Shown: positions 52,525-63,100 of the stretch, piece after piece | How positions within the stretch are numbered: position 1 is the stretch's first letter | Layout: each line of letters begins with the position of its first letter | Position numbers and translations under genes: made by a program | Notes under the pieces: generated by a model | What the model saw: the letters and a program-made list of their open reading frames with translations, nothing else | What the model was told of the DNA's origin: nothing | The model's database searches: none | Assembly: GCA_003557725.1 (NCBI GenBank) | Contig: PWNQ01000113.1 | Location: 5,758-69,757, forward strand | Reading direction: 5' to 3' | Length of the DNA: 64,000 nucleotides | From: Bacteroidales bacterium | Lineage (GTDB): Bacteria; Bacteroidota; Bacteroidia; Bacteroidales; PWNQ01

Positions 52525-53292
52525 TTATTGGAATATCTCCCAGGCCAGCATCCGGTTTTCCGGTTTCTCCTGATCCCGGAAAGCATAGGCGTAGCCTTTT
52601 CCGTCATAATCCATTTCGATCACATTCCATGCCAACAACTTGGCAAAGGTCTCACGGGCCTGAAGATAATCCATACCGGTGGCTTTTTGAAACCGGGAAA
52701 AGGTAATCACCCCCTCATTATGAAGGGATTTCATCAGTTCTTTTTCTGCAGTGGTATACTCCAGTGTGATGGCGGTCTTTTGGAGTTGCATGGCATGGGC
52801 CATCACAAATACGCCGTTGGCCAGGATATTTTCATCCCCTTTCCGTAAAAATACTTTGTAATGTCCGTTTTTATCCGGCGCTTTCACCAGTTCACCGCCC
52901 GATTTTCTTACCACTACTTCCATTACGGCCTTGCCCTCCACGTTCCATACCTTATGGATAAACCTCAGGGCAGGCTTACAATGCATCTGTGCGGCGCCCT
53001 CTACCATATAGTACTCTTCATCGGACCGCACCCCGGCGATATTGCCATTGTCTTTCACGCCCACCAGCAAGCGTCCGCCGCCGGTATTGGCAAATGCCGA
53101 CAACGACCGGGCGATCTTGGCAGCATCGGTGATCTGAAACTTAAAATCTTGATGCTGATGTTCGCCCTCCAGTATCCGGTTTTTAACATATTCGCTCACT
53201 GCTGAATGTTTTCTAAATTCACAGTTCTTCCCGGCCCACCACCTGATCATTATAATATTCCTGGCGGTATTGGGGGTCTCCTTGTTCATCAT
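52525..53292 (-). CDS. AlbA_2 (Schlafen-like, RecG-related) DNA-binding domain protein with a C-terminal winged-helix-like region (start uncertain)
   Basis: EGEHQHQDFKFQI...IARSLSAFANTGGGRLLVGVKDNGNIAGV is typical of AlbA_2. ATG starts at 53292 and 53250 overlap the upstream gene end. A GTG at 53199 would avoid the overlap. Confidence 0.6.
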   Translation of the reverse strand: MMNKETPNTARNIIMIRWWAGKNCEFRKHSAVSEYVKNRILEGEHQHQDFKFQITDAAKIARSLSAFANTGGGRLLVGVKDNGNIAGVRSDEEYYMVEGAAQMHCKPALRFIHKVWNVEGKAVMEVVVRKSGGELVKAPDKNGHYKVFLRKGDENILANGVFVMAHAMQLQKTAITLEYTTAEKELMKSLHNEGVITFSRFQKATGMDYLQARETFAKLLAWNVIEMDYDGKGYAYAFRDQEKPENRMLAWEIFQ

Positions 53293-53977
53293 AGAAGGTC
53301 CAGATGCCGTTGCGCCGGTATGCGTTCATTACCGGCTCATAGGTTACCGGGCCTTCAGCTCTTAACGTTCCATCATCGTAAAACTGTTGCTGCTGATATT
53401 TCTGCTCTGCTTTTTCAATCAACTCCAGGTGGCTCCGTTTGGATCCGTTTTCATGGAAAAAGATGCGCTCTTCCAAATAATCAACACGCCTGTCATAACG
53501 TTCATAGAAGCTTTTGTTCCCACCGGGATTATATTCGGTCCACTCCTGTGGCATTCCCCTCCTAAAGGTAATTTCCGAACGAAGGTCTCCATCAGGGTAG
53601 TAAATGGTCATGGTTCCACGATGGGTTCCTCTGGCCTTAAACTCCCGCTCCAGTTGGCCGTTAGAAAAGTAATTTTTATAAGTATTCCCCAGCTTTCCAC
53701 GGTCATAAAAACCCTCATGTTTCAGTTCACCATTGTCGTAAAAGTCTCTGATGCGCCCGGTGCAAGGCTGGTCGTTACAGAGTCTTATAGAATCCCCGCC
53801 CAGCATGGGGTTGAAAGCATCATACTTCCTGATGACCTCATGGTCTGATCCCCCGGGCTCCTGCTCCTCATTTCCGGCCCCCTGAAGGCCTTCTCCTCCC
53901 TGCAGACCCCTTTCCTGTGCCGTTAATGATGTGGCTATAGCAAGAAAAATCAATAAAAGAACGTTGTATTTTTGCAT
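53219..53977 (-). CDS. MORN/YwqK-like repeat secreted protein
   Basis: Signal peptide MQKYNVLLLIFLAIATSLTAQ and repeated G-x-x-x-G-x-W/Y-x-x-Y-Y-x-N-G motifs (YDNGELKHEGFY, YFSNGQLEREF, YYPDGDLRSE, FHENGSKRS, FYDDGTLRAEG). The ATG at 53977 is preferred over 54130. Confidence 0.6.
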   Translation of the reverse strand: MQKYNVLLLIFLAIATSLTAQERGLQGGEGLQGAGNEEQEPGGSDHEVIRKYDAFNPMLGGDSIRLCNDQPCTGRIRDFYDNGELKHEGFYDRGKLGNTYKNYFSNGQLEREFKARGTHRGTMTIYYPDGDLRSEITFRRGMPQEWTEYNPGGNKSFYERYDRRVDYLEERIFFHENGSKRSHLELIEKAEQKYQQQQFYDDGTLRAEGPVTYEPVMNAYRRNGIWTFYDEQGDPQYRQEYYNDQVVGREEL

Positions 53978-53985
53978 AATGGTAA

Positions 53986-54867
53986 TTATTTTGAGATAAC
54001 TCCTTTTTCCGTCAGTAGCTTTTCCATCTTTTGTTGTACCTCCTGTGCTTTTTCCTGGGCCTTCAGATGGAAGTCCTCGCCGCGTGAGGCGAAAATAATT
54101 CCTCTGGAGCTGTTCACCAGTAGCCCGCATTCGTGGTTCATTCCGTAGCGTGCCACTTCTTCCAGGCTTCCACCCTGAGCGCCCACTCCCGGCACCAGCA
54201 GGAAGTGATAGGGGATAATATTACGGATTTTTTTGAGCATTTCCGCTTTTGTGGCTCCGGCCACAAACATTATATTCTCTTCACTTCCCCAGTCGTACGA
54301 TCGGATAAGCACTTGCTCATAGAGTTTTCGCCGGCTCTGTATTTTAATGCCCAGCTTTTCCAGGTTTCCCGAAGGATGGGATGTGGGCAGCTGAAAGTCT
54401 GCAGCCCCGGGATTGGAAGTAAGTGCCAGAATAATGGCAAATTTATCTTTATATTGCAAAAAAGGCTCCACCGAGTCGTGCCCCATATATGGATTGACGG
54501 TAACGCTGTTGAAGTCCAGCTTTTCAGGGTCAAGGAAGGTTTTGGCATACAACCTGGAAGAGTTTCCTATATCGCCCCGTTTGGCATCGGCAATGGTAAA
54601 AACCGGTGTATCCAGGCTCCGGATATAGGCCATGGTTTTTTCCAGGCTCTTCCATCCCTCAGCGCCATGACACTCATAAAAAGCCAGGTTGGGCTTATAG
54701 GCTACTGCCAGGTGAGCAGTAGCCTGGATAATGGCTTTGTTAAACTCAAATATGGGGTCTTCCTCTTCCAGCAAATGGGGTGGCAACTTTTCCATGTCAC
54801 TGTCCAGCCCGATACACAAAAAAGAGCGCTTCTCCCGGATAAGGTCCTGTAAGGCTTTTTTATTCAT
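53986..54867 (-). CDS. pyrF: Orotidine 5'-phosphate decarboxylase (type 2)
   Basis: FLCIGLDSD...[12 protein letters not shown]...NPYMGHDSV...VPGVGAQGG. Confidence 0.88.
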   Translation of the reverse strand: MNKKALQDLIREKRSFLCIGLDSDMEKLPPHLLEEEDPIFEFNKAIIQATAHLAVAYKPNLAFYECHGAEGWKSLEKTMAYIRSLDTPVFTIADAKRGDIGNSSRLYAKTFLDPEKLDFNSVTVNPYMGHDSVEPFLQYKDKFAIILALTSNPGAADFQLPTSHPSGNLEKLGIKIQSRRKLYEQVLIRSYDWGSEENIMFVAGATKAEMLKKIRNIIPYHFLLVPGVGAQGGSLEEVARYGMNHECGLLVNSSRGIIFASRGEDFHLKAQEKAQEVQQKMEKLLTEKGVISK

Positions 54868-54888
54868 ATATATAATTAGATTTATAGG

Positions 54889-55962
54889 TTACGCTCCCAC
54901 GGACTCCCGGAGCTTTTCTGCATTTTCCGCCGTGCGGAGCTTGTCAATAATCTCCTCCAAATCACCGTTGATAATGTTTTGCAGGTTATACAATGTAAGG
55001 TTAATACGATGATCCGTAACCCTGCCCTGAGCATAATTATAGGTACGGATTTTCGCTGAACGGTCTCCGGTGGATACCATGGTTTTCCGCTGGGAGGCTA
55101 TTTCGTCCTGATATTTCTGCTGTTCAATCTCATATATCCTTGTTCTCAGCACTTTCATGGCTTTAGCCAGGTTCTTATGCTGTGATTTTTCATCCTGACA
55201 GGTGACCACGATCCCGGTGGGTTCGTGCACCAGCCGCACGGCAGAGTAGGTGGTATTCACCGACTGTCCGCCAGGCCCGGATGCACAGAAGGTGTCCCTG
55301 CGGATATCGCTGTCTTTTAATTCCACATCCACCTCTTCGGCTTCGGGAAGCACGGCTACCGATGCGGCAGAAGTATGTACGCGCCCCTGGCTTTCGGTCT
55401 GGGGTACCCGCTGAACCCTGTGGACACCCGACTCATATTTAAGGGTGCCATAAACATTTTGCCCCAGCACATTGCAAATGATCTCCTTAAATCCTCCCTG
55501 GGTAGCCTCTGTGCGGCTGATCATCTCCACCTTCCAGCCTTTTTGCTCCAGGTATTTGGAGTACATACGATACAGATCGCCGGCAAAAATCCCGGCCTCA
55601 TCACCACCTGTTCCCGCACGGATTTCCAAAATAGCATTACGGCTATCCTGAGGGTCTTTAGGAATAAGCAAAAACTTTATGTGCTCCTCCAACGCCTGTT
55701 TTTCATGTGTATACTGATCCAGCTCCTGGCGAGCCATCTCAACAAAGTCATCATCGCTATCCCCGCTGATGATCTTTTGCGCTTCTTCCATATTGCCCAG
55801 CAGGCCTTCATATTGATCACATGCTTCTACCAATGGCTCCAATTCCTTATGGTCTTTGCTCAACTTAACAAATTGCTTCTGATCAGCGATCACTTCCGGA
55901 TCACTCATCTTTAAACCGATCTCTTCGTATTTGGCCTTAAACTCTTTTAACTTATCCAGCAT
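54889..55962 (-). CDS. prfA: Peptide chain release factor 1
   Basis: GGQ motif SGPGGQSVNTT and the RF1-type recognition region QRVPQTESQGRVHTSAASVAVLPE. Confidence 0.92.
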   Translation of the reverse strand: MLDKLKEFKAKYEEIGLKMSDPEVIADQKQFVKLSKDHKELEPLVEACDQYEGLLGNMEEAQKIISGDSDDDFVEMARQELDQYTHEKQALEEHIKFLLIPKDPQDSRNAILEIRAGTGGDEAGIFAGDLYRMYSKYLEQKGWKVEMISRTEATQGGFKEIICNVLGQNVYGTLKYESGVHRVQRVPQTESQGRVHTSAASVAVLPEAEEVDVELKDSDIRRDTFCASGPGGQSVNTTYSAVRLVHEPTGIVVTCQDEKSQHKNLAKAMKVLRTRIYEIEQQKYQDEIASQRKTMVSTGDRSAKIRTYNYAQGRVTDHRINLTLYNLQNIINGDLEEIIDKLRTAENAEKLRESVGA

Positions 55963-55992
55963 CTTATTATAACGTATTATAGAATGAATAGA

Positions 55993-57165
55993 TTACCCGT
56001 GATACACATATTTTCCATGATCATCCCGGATAACCACTTCCGGTGCGGCTGCTTCATAGCACTGTCCCACGATTCTTGCTTCAATATTCAGCTCCCGGGC
56101 CATCTCCACAATGGCCCCGGCGGTTTTTTCATCGGTATATAGTTCCATACGGTGTCCCATATTAAACACCTGATACATCTCTTTCCAGGGGGTTTGAGAC
56201 TCTTCCCGGATGATCCTGAACAAAGGGGGAACAGGGAACAGGTTGTCTTTTACCACGCTCAACTTGTCAACAAAGTGTAAAACTTTCGTTTGTCCGCCAC
56301 CGCTGCAATGTATGATCCCCTGGATATTTTCCCGGTATTTTTCCAGCACACTCCGTATGATTGGTGCATAAGTACGAGTGGGTGCAAGCATTAGTTTTCC
56401 CACATCCACTCCCTGGACGGCAGTGGGGTCGGTGAGTCTGCGGCTGCCGGTATATGACAGATCTTTGGGTAGTGCCGGGTCGAATGTTTCCGGATATTTA
56501 TGAGTCAGGTATTTATTAAACACATCATGTCGTGCAGCAGTGAGACCGTTGGAGCCCATTCCGCCGTTGTAGCAGTCTTCATAGCTGGCTTGCCCAAAGG
56601 ATGCCAGTCCTACAATGACACAGCCCGGCCTGATGTGGTTTTCCAGTATCTGTGATCTGCGAACCCTGGCAGTAACCGTAGAATCTACGATAACTGTTCT
56701 AACCAGATCACCCACATCGGCTGTTTCACCACCGGTAAGATAGATGCCTATCCCCATCTGGCGAAGGTGTTGCAGCACCTCTTCGGTGCCATTAATAAGC
56801 GCCGCGATCACCTCCCCGGGAATCAGGTTCTTGTTCCGGCCGATGGTGGATGACAGCAAAATATTATCAGTGATGCCGTTGCACAGCAAATCGTCCAGGT
56901 TCATCACCACTGCATCCTGTGCAATCCCTTTCCATACAGACATATCACCGGTTTCACGCCAATAGGCATAGGCCAGCGATGACTTGGTTCCGGCCCCATC
57001 GGCATGCATAATATTACAATATTGGGGATCACCGCCCAGAATATCCGGCAGGACTTTACAGAATGCATTAGGGAACAACCCTTTATCCACTCCTTTCAAG
57101 GCTGCATGCACTTCTTCTTTGGTGGCGGAAACACCACGCTGTTCATATCTTGACTTGCTGTTCAT
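55993..57165 (-). CDS. PurM-like AIR synthase family protein
   Basis: RYEQRGVSATKEEVHAALK...HADGAGTKS...GGETADVGDLV matches the PurM/AIRS architecture. The ATG at 57165 is preferred over 57300. Confidence 0.7.
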   Translation of the reverse strand: MNSKSRYEQRGVSATKEEVHAALKGVDKGLFPNAFCKVLPDILGGDPQYCNIMHADGAGTKSSLAYAYWRETGDMSVWKGIAQDAVVMNLDDLLCNGITDNILLSSTIGRNKNLIPGEVIAALINGTEEVLQHLRQMGIGIYLTGGETADVGDLVRTVIVDSTVTARVRRSQILENHIRPGCVIVGLASFGQASYEDCYNGGMGSNGLTAARHDVFNKYLTHKYPETFDPALPKDLSYTGSRRLTDPTAVQGVDVGKLMLAPTRTYAPIIRSVLEKYRENIQGIIHCSGGGQTKVLHFVDKLSVVKDNLFPVPPLFRIIREESQTPWKEMYQVFNMGHRMELYTDEKTAGAIVEMARELNIEARIVGQCYEAAAPEVVIRDDHGKYVYHG

Positions 57166-57248
57166 TGGTTCTGTATTAAAATGGTTTGGCGGCGATCCGG
57201 CGTTGGTTTCCCCTCTGTGCTGTTGATCAGGCTCGTCATTTAGCCAAC

Positions 57249-57291
57249 AAAAAACCCGAAACCCGCCGTACCGGCAGTTTCGGGTTTTTTT
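57249..57291 (-). terminator. Rho-independent terminator after the OmpA-family gene
   Basis: Stem CCCGAAAC pairs with GTTTCGGG and is flanked by A/T runs, 13 nt past the stop codon. Confidence 0.75.
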
Positions 57292-57303
57292 CGCAGGCAT
57301 CCC

Positions 57304-59811
57304 TTAATCCCGGTACTCTTCTTCCTCCACCTCTGGTTCATCCACATCAAAGATAATGCGGTTATTATCCGTATCCACGGAGAAAGTACCAAACTGCAGG
57401 AGTCCGGTATTCCCTATAATGATATCCGGTCCCTGATCATATAGCACCACCATTCTTACGTTATTCAATTCCCGGTCGGCTACGCGGATCTGTTCTACGG
57501 TAAATTCAGCATTTTCCACAATGGACCCGTCTTCCCGTATTGCTTCAGCCCCCTGTGCAAAGTTATTCACATTGATGATCCCCTGACGAAGGAACTCCAT
57601 AGCTTTATCAAAGGAGATAAATATGGCTTCCGCGCTGGGGGCCACCAGAGCATTCACACGCCTTTGGTTCACAATAAGGGGGATGATATAGTTCCCGTCC
57701 TGCACATACATTTCCTGTATGTTATCATCGGGGTTCAACTCAATACCTGCAAAGACAGCCGTATCCACCTCCACCATTCGGTCTTCTTCGGGAACGTAGT
57801 CGTTCCTGAGAATTTCAAAGGTCACTCGACGGTTAAGCTGGTGGGCGGCTTCCCGCCGGCCATGGGATCTCAGTCCCTCGATGTATGCCCTTGTAAGGTG
57901 TGTTCCTTGGGCAAAGGTATGTCCATCCACCGTATAATCCCGGTCCAGCTTCCTGGGCCGGCGCTCACCATAGCCTCTGGGGCGTAAACGCCCACGCTCT
58001 ATATCCTGTTCCACCAAATAGTCAACAATGGATTGTGCCCGCTTCAGAGAAAGGGTATCGTTAAATGCCACACTGGCCCGGAAGTCGGTATGAGCCGCCA
58101 GCTCAATAACCAACCGGGGGTTATTTTCCAAAGTCTCTATCAAGCCGTTAAGAGAATCCCTGTACTCATCCAGAAGGTCATATTTTGCCAGGTCAAACCG
58201 AATTTCCGGAAGGGGAATGGGTTCCTCAGGAATGGGTTCCATATTGATGTTCAGCACCAGGTCTGTGCTTTCCTCTCGTCCCACAGTGGTTTCCGTCCCT
58301 CCTCCGTCATAGTATTCCGATTTTGTGGTTGCCAGGGTATAGGTGGTGTTGGCACTCATCTGATTTCTGTTAAAATGGTAGCTGCCATCTTCTCCGGTGC
58401 GGGTTTGCACGGTAGAGCCGTCGGTTCCCTCCTTAACCACGGTTACCTGAGCCAGGGGTTGCAGGTTGCTTTCATCCCGCACAACTCCCGATAATGTGAA
58501 CACCACCTGGGGTAACCGGAAATGCCACAGGTCGTCATCCCCCCTTCCGCCGCGGCGGTTGGTGGTAATAAATCCAATCTCTTCCGCTTCGTTGTCCTGA
58601 AGAAACCGCTGGTCCATATTAAAGGTAATCCCAAAGTCATCCATAGGTGAGTTGATGGGGTAGCGCATATTTTCCGGTTCCCCCCACTCTTCTCCTTCTT
58701 TTCTGGAAACAAAAATATCCAGTCCGCCCATTCCCACGTGTCCATTGGAGGAAAAATAGAGGGTATTATCGTCTCTGAGGTATGGATACATTTCATCGCC
58801 GGGGGTATTAATCACGGCTCCAAGGTTTTCCGGTTCACCAAAGGGTCTGTTGGCACTTCTTCTGGTAGCCATCCACAGGTCGATTCCCCCTTCTCCGCCA
58901 TCCATATCAGAAGCAAAGATAATGGTACGTTCATCACTGCTGAGGGTGGGGTGTCCGTATGTAAAAGTATCGGGTCCCAGTTCCAGCATTTCCGGGTCGC
59001 TCCAGGTTCTTCCCCGCTTGCGGGTTTCATATATCTTGCAGGTAACCTTTTCCCCCCGGGCTTTTCCACAGCGGGTATAGTACATGGTATTAAACCGCCG
59101 GTCGAAGGCAACCGCTCCCACGTTTTCTCCCGTATTGATGATCCCGTCTTTGTCCAGCAGCTCTGCGCGGCTCCAGTTACCACGGGCATCGCGCTCTATT
59201 AAGAACAGGTCGGAGAATCGCTGCCCGGTATTGGGGTCCACGCTTCCGGTAGCATCGGAACGGGTGGAAGCGAAAACCACGGTTTGGTAATTACGGTCGG
59301 CATACATGGGAGCAAAATCACTGTCAGGATCATTAATACGGCGGTTGGCCTCCACCTCATAACGGGTAGGATTCTCCATCCAGCCGGGAGCCACACGGCA
59401 CGACTCCATCCCTACCTGACCCCGGGGATCATCCGGTACCGAATCATTATAGGCCGTAAACTGCTCCAAAGCATCCTCATACTTCTCCTGCATCATTAAT
59501 ATCTGCCCATAACGCAAATGAATTATGGGATCCGCATAATTGGCCCGTAAGGCACGCATATATGCATACTCGGCACGACGAATACTGTTGGTTAAACGAT
59601 AAGACTCAGCAATCTGAAACAATATCCGTTGCCGCTCAACCACGTTGGTAACCCGGCTGTAAGCATTCTGATATAGTTCCACCGCTTCATGATAGCGCTT
59701 CATATTAAAGGCATCATCCGCTTCCTCCGTAAAGTTCCGTTGTGCACTGGCCGTTACGGTAAATAATACCATACCCAGAACAAGCAAGAAAAATGGTCCA
59801 AATCTATTCAT
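57304..59811 (-). CDS. TPR / PD40 (TolB-like beta-propeller) / CarboxypepD_reg / OmpA_C protein with an extra 165-aa C-terminal domain
   Basis: Signal peptide, TPR-like N-terminus, PD40-type repeats (FAPMYADRN, AVAFDRRFNTMYYTR, HPTLSSDERTIIFAS, YPYLRDDNTLYFSS), then the OmpA_C region (LAAHTDFRASVAFNDTLSLKRAQSIVDYL...NRRVTFEI), followed by an additional C-terminal domain. Confidence 0.75.
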   Translation of the reverse strand: MNRFGPFFLLVLGMVLFTVTASAQRNFTEEADDAFNMKRYHEAVELYQNAYSRVTNVVERQRILFQIAESYRLTNSIRRAEYAYMRALRANYADPIIHLRYGQILMMQEKYEDALEQFTAYNDSVPDDPRGQVGMESCRVAPGWMENPTRYEVEANRRINDPDSDFAPMYADRNYQTVVFASTRSDATGSVDPNTGQRFSDLFLIERDARGNWSRAELLDKDGIINTGENVGAVAFDRRFNTMYYTRCGKARGEKVTCKIYETRKRGRTWSDPEMLELGPDTFTYGHPTLSSDERTIIFASDMDGGEGGIDLWMATRRSANRPFGEPENLGAVINTPGDEMYPYLRDDNTLYFSSNGHVGMGGLDIFVSRKEGEEWGEPENMRYPINSPMDDFGITFNMDQRFLQDNEAEEIGFITTNRRGGRGDDDLWHFRLPQVVFTLSGVVRDESNLQPLAQVTVVKEGTDGSTVQTRTGEDGSYHFNRNQMSANTTYTLATTKSEYYDGGGTETTVGREESTDLVLNINMEPIPEEPIPLPEIRFDLAKYDLLDEYRDSLNGLIETLENNPRLVIELAAHTDFRASVAFNDTLSLKRAQSIVDYLVEQDIERGRLRPRGYGERRPRKLDRDYTVDGHTFAQGTHLTRAYIEGLRSHGRREAAHQLNRRVTFEILRNDYVPEEDRMVEVDTAVFAGIELNPDDNIQEMYVQDGNYIIPLIVNQRRVNALVAPSAEAIFISFDKAMEFLRQGIINVNNFAQGAEAIREDGSIVENAEFTVEQIRVADRELNNVRMVVLYDQGPDIIIGNTGLLQFGTFSVDTDNNRIIFDVDEPEVEEEEYRD

Positions 59812-60016
59812 TTTTAATCCCTTTATTTATCAAACATTTACACCAATATACCACTACCATAATATTACTAAATCGCCAATATAGGATGAACAGGTTTCGC
59901 AAAACTTGTAAATCCTTAATTAAAAGCATTTTAAACATGCTTACTATTTAATTACTTCACGATCTACTGTCAATTTAGGCCGCTAAAATACAAATATTTT
60001 TTAATAACACTCCAAG

Positions 60017-60064
60017 AAAAAAAGCAATAAAGCGATGTTCTTGTCCACCCTTTATTGCTTTTTT
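60017..60064 (-). terminator. Rho-independent terminator after secDF
   Basis: Stem GCAATAAAG pairs with CTTTATTGC and is flanked by A-runs and T-runs. Confidence 0.7.
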
Positions 60065-60142
60065 ACTGGTTGCATAACAGCAACGTATTTTATTTGAAAG
60101 CACTATAGCATTATCATTGCTATATAATGCGCTTATTATTAA

Positions 60143-63100
60143 TTATTTCTTCTTTCCTTTGTTTTTAGCCGGTGCTTTTCCCTTTTCCTTGCGTTTTCTT
60201 TTTTCATCTTGAGCATTGATCAGGTCGTAAGCCACGGGGCTGGCGGTAAACAGAGAGGAGTAAGTACCTATGAGCACTCCAACCATTAGGGCAAAAGCAA
60301 AGCCCCGGATCACTTCTCCACCAAAGATAAAAATAATGAGCAACACGGCAAAAGTAGTTCCTGAGGTATTGAATGTTCTGGCCAGTGTACTGCTCAGTGC
60401 TGTATTGATATTCTCTTTAAGTGATCGCTTTGGGAACAGCTTTCGGTGCTCCCGGATCCGGTCAAAGATCACCACGGAGTCGTTAATGGAGTATCCGATG
60501 ATGGTAAGGATGGCGGCAATAAAAGCCTGGTCCACCTCCATGGCAAATGGCAGGATGCCATAAAATATGGAGTACATGGATACGGCAATAAGGGCGTCGT
60601 GGAATATGGCTGCCAGCCCGCCCAATCCGTACTGCCACCTTCTGAAGCGCACAGCGATATAGAGAAACATAAATATGAGTGCGATTCCAATGGCCAGCAC
60701 GGCATTTCGCCGGATATCAGCAGCAATGGTGGGGCCTACTTTTTGAGAGCTAAGTATTCCCATAACCTTTTGGGGGTCATCGCCCAGGAATTCACTCCGG
60801 GACACCTCTTCGGCAAAGAATCCTTTCACCCCTTCATATAGGCTGCTTTCCACCAATGAGTCGGCCTCTTCACGATCATCATCGATCAGATACCGTGTGG
60901 TAATCTTCACCTGGTTGGATGGGCCAAAAGTTCGCACCTCGGGCGCAAAGCTAAAGCCGTCCTCATCCACAAACTCCTGGCTTAAAGCCTCACGCATTTC
61001 CATGGTGTTCACATCCTGGTCCAGACGAACCACATAGGTACGCCCCCCAGAGAAGTCAATCCCCATATCCAACCCCTTTGTGGACAGCGATATAACACCT
61101 GCAGCCATAATTATACCCGATAGTATATACATTTTCTTCCTCCGGGAGATAAAATCAAAGTGTACGTTGGCCAGGGTGTTTCGGGTGAACTTATTGGCGA
61201 AAGTGGGCTCCATATTTTTATCCATCATCCAGGTAAATACCAGCCTGGACAGGAATATGGCAGTAAACAAGGAAGCCATCAGTCCGATGATCAGGGTAGT
61301 GGCGAACCCTCTGACGGGCCCTGTTCCCAGTATCACCAGCACAATGGCAGTAATTATAGTGGTGACGTTACCATCGATAATGGCTGAGTAGGCGTTTTTA
61401 TATCCGTCGGCGATGGCCAGTTTTTTCCCTTTTCCTGCGCGTATCTCTTCTTTAATCCGTTCGAAGATAATTACGTTGGCATCCACGGCCATTCCTAATG
61501 TAAGCACAATACCAGCGATTCCGGGCAATGTGAGCACCGCCTGCAAGGAAGCCAGCACCCCAAAAATAAAGAACACATTAGTAAGCAGTGCCATATCGGC
61601 CACAAGCCCTGCGCGGTTATAATAAAATACCATGTATAACAGCACAATGATAAAAGCAATGATAAAGGAGATCAGCCCGGCATTCACCGCTTCTTCTCCC
61701 AGTGATGGCCCCACTACCGATTCTTCCACTATACGTGCCGGTGCAGGCAGCCGGCCTGCACGCAGGATATTGGCTAAGTCCTGGGCTTCTTCTACCGTAA
61801 AGTTTCCAGTGATGGACGACCGCCCGCTGGGGATCTCACTCTGAACGGTAGGGAAAGAGTACACATAATTATCCAGGACGATGGCCACAGATTTTCCAAT
61901 ATTGGCGGCCGTAAGTCGTTGCCATATCCGGGCACCTTCGGAGTCCATAGTCATAGACACTTCCATTTCCCCGTATTGTCCCACATCCTGCCGTGCATTC
62001 ACCACCCGTTCTCCACTAAGGGGTGCGCTACCATCGCGTTGTGTTTTCAAAGCGATAAGGGTAAACACGTTGGGGTTATTTTCCATGGGTTTCACGGACC
62101 ATGCCAGTTTCAGGTCTCTGGGGAATAGTGTTTTCACCTGTGGCAAGCTGAGGTAGTGGTTAACGGTGGCTGTATCTCGCACGGCACTGTACCCCACCAC
62201 GGGGCCTTCCATGGGGAAAATACGTCCCTGGGCGTCTTGTCCATAAGCGGGTTGCAAAACCCGGAACAGTTCATCGCCCACCTGATCCTCCTCGGTGACA
62301 TCTTCATCGACGCCCACCAGTTCGCTAATATCGTCTGTAACAGTATCCTGACGGTCCACATCCATTTGTGCAATCACTTCAGCCGTGTCGGCGCTTTCCG
62401 GATCATGAGCCACCGGAGGCTCTTCACCCCTCATAAGCAGCTCTTCCAACCCCTCTTCTTCGGTGGTGTCGGCCTCCTCACCTTCAGTACGCAGACGCTC
62501 ACCCCGAACAATGCGGGATATTCGCTCATTGGCTGAAGCGAAATAATCATGTATCTCTTCAAATTCATAGGTTTCAAAAAACTGCAGGTGTGCTGTTCCC
62601 TGAAGCAGGCGCCTTACCCGCTCCGGCTCACTGACACCGGGAAGCTCTACAATGATACGCCCCGAGCCCTGAAGTTTTTGAATATTGGGCTGGGCTACTC
62701 CAAAGCGGTCAATACGTGTACGTAAAATCTCAAAAGACCGGTCGATGGCATTATTGGCTTCCTCACTGATCACCTTCAGCACATCCTCATCCGAGTCACC
62801 GGGGTTGATACGGTCGCGCATATCCGAAGTAGTGAACATGGGAGCCAGGCGCTGCTCGGGATCCAGCTCACGAACAGACTCATAAAACAACATGGTGAAG
62901 TCTTCCTGGCTGCCGGTCTCCCGTTGTTTCTGGCGAGCCAGCAACAATGCACGGTTAAACGTGGAGCCGGGGTCTTCCGTGTAACGGCCGGCCGCTAAAC
63001 TGCGAATCACATCGCTCACCGATACCTCCATGGTAACGTTCATGCCCCCACGAAGATCCAAACCCAGGTTCAGTTCACGCTCCTTACACTCCTGATAGGT

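Noticed and set aside
53219-53292. A 74-nt overlap between the AlbA_2 gene start and the YwqK-like gene end, considered as possible programmed coupling.
   Set aside because: It is more simply explained by a mis-assigned start. An in-frame GTG at 53199 removes the overlap and still precedes the conserved AlbA_2 core.
55375-55420. RF1 recognition tripeptide reads PQT rather than the textbook PAT or PVT.
   Set aside because: The middle position of the PxT motif is known to vary, and the rest of the region (QRVP-x-TESQGRVHTS, GGQ) is canonical RF1. This is insufficient to suggest altered stop-codon recognition.
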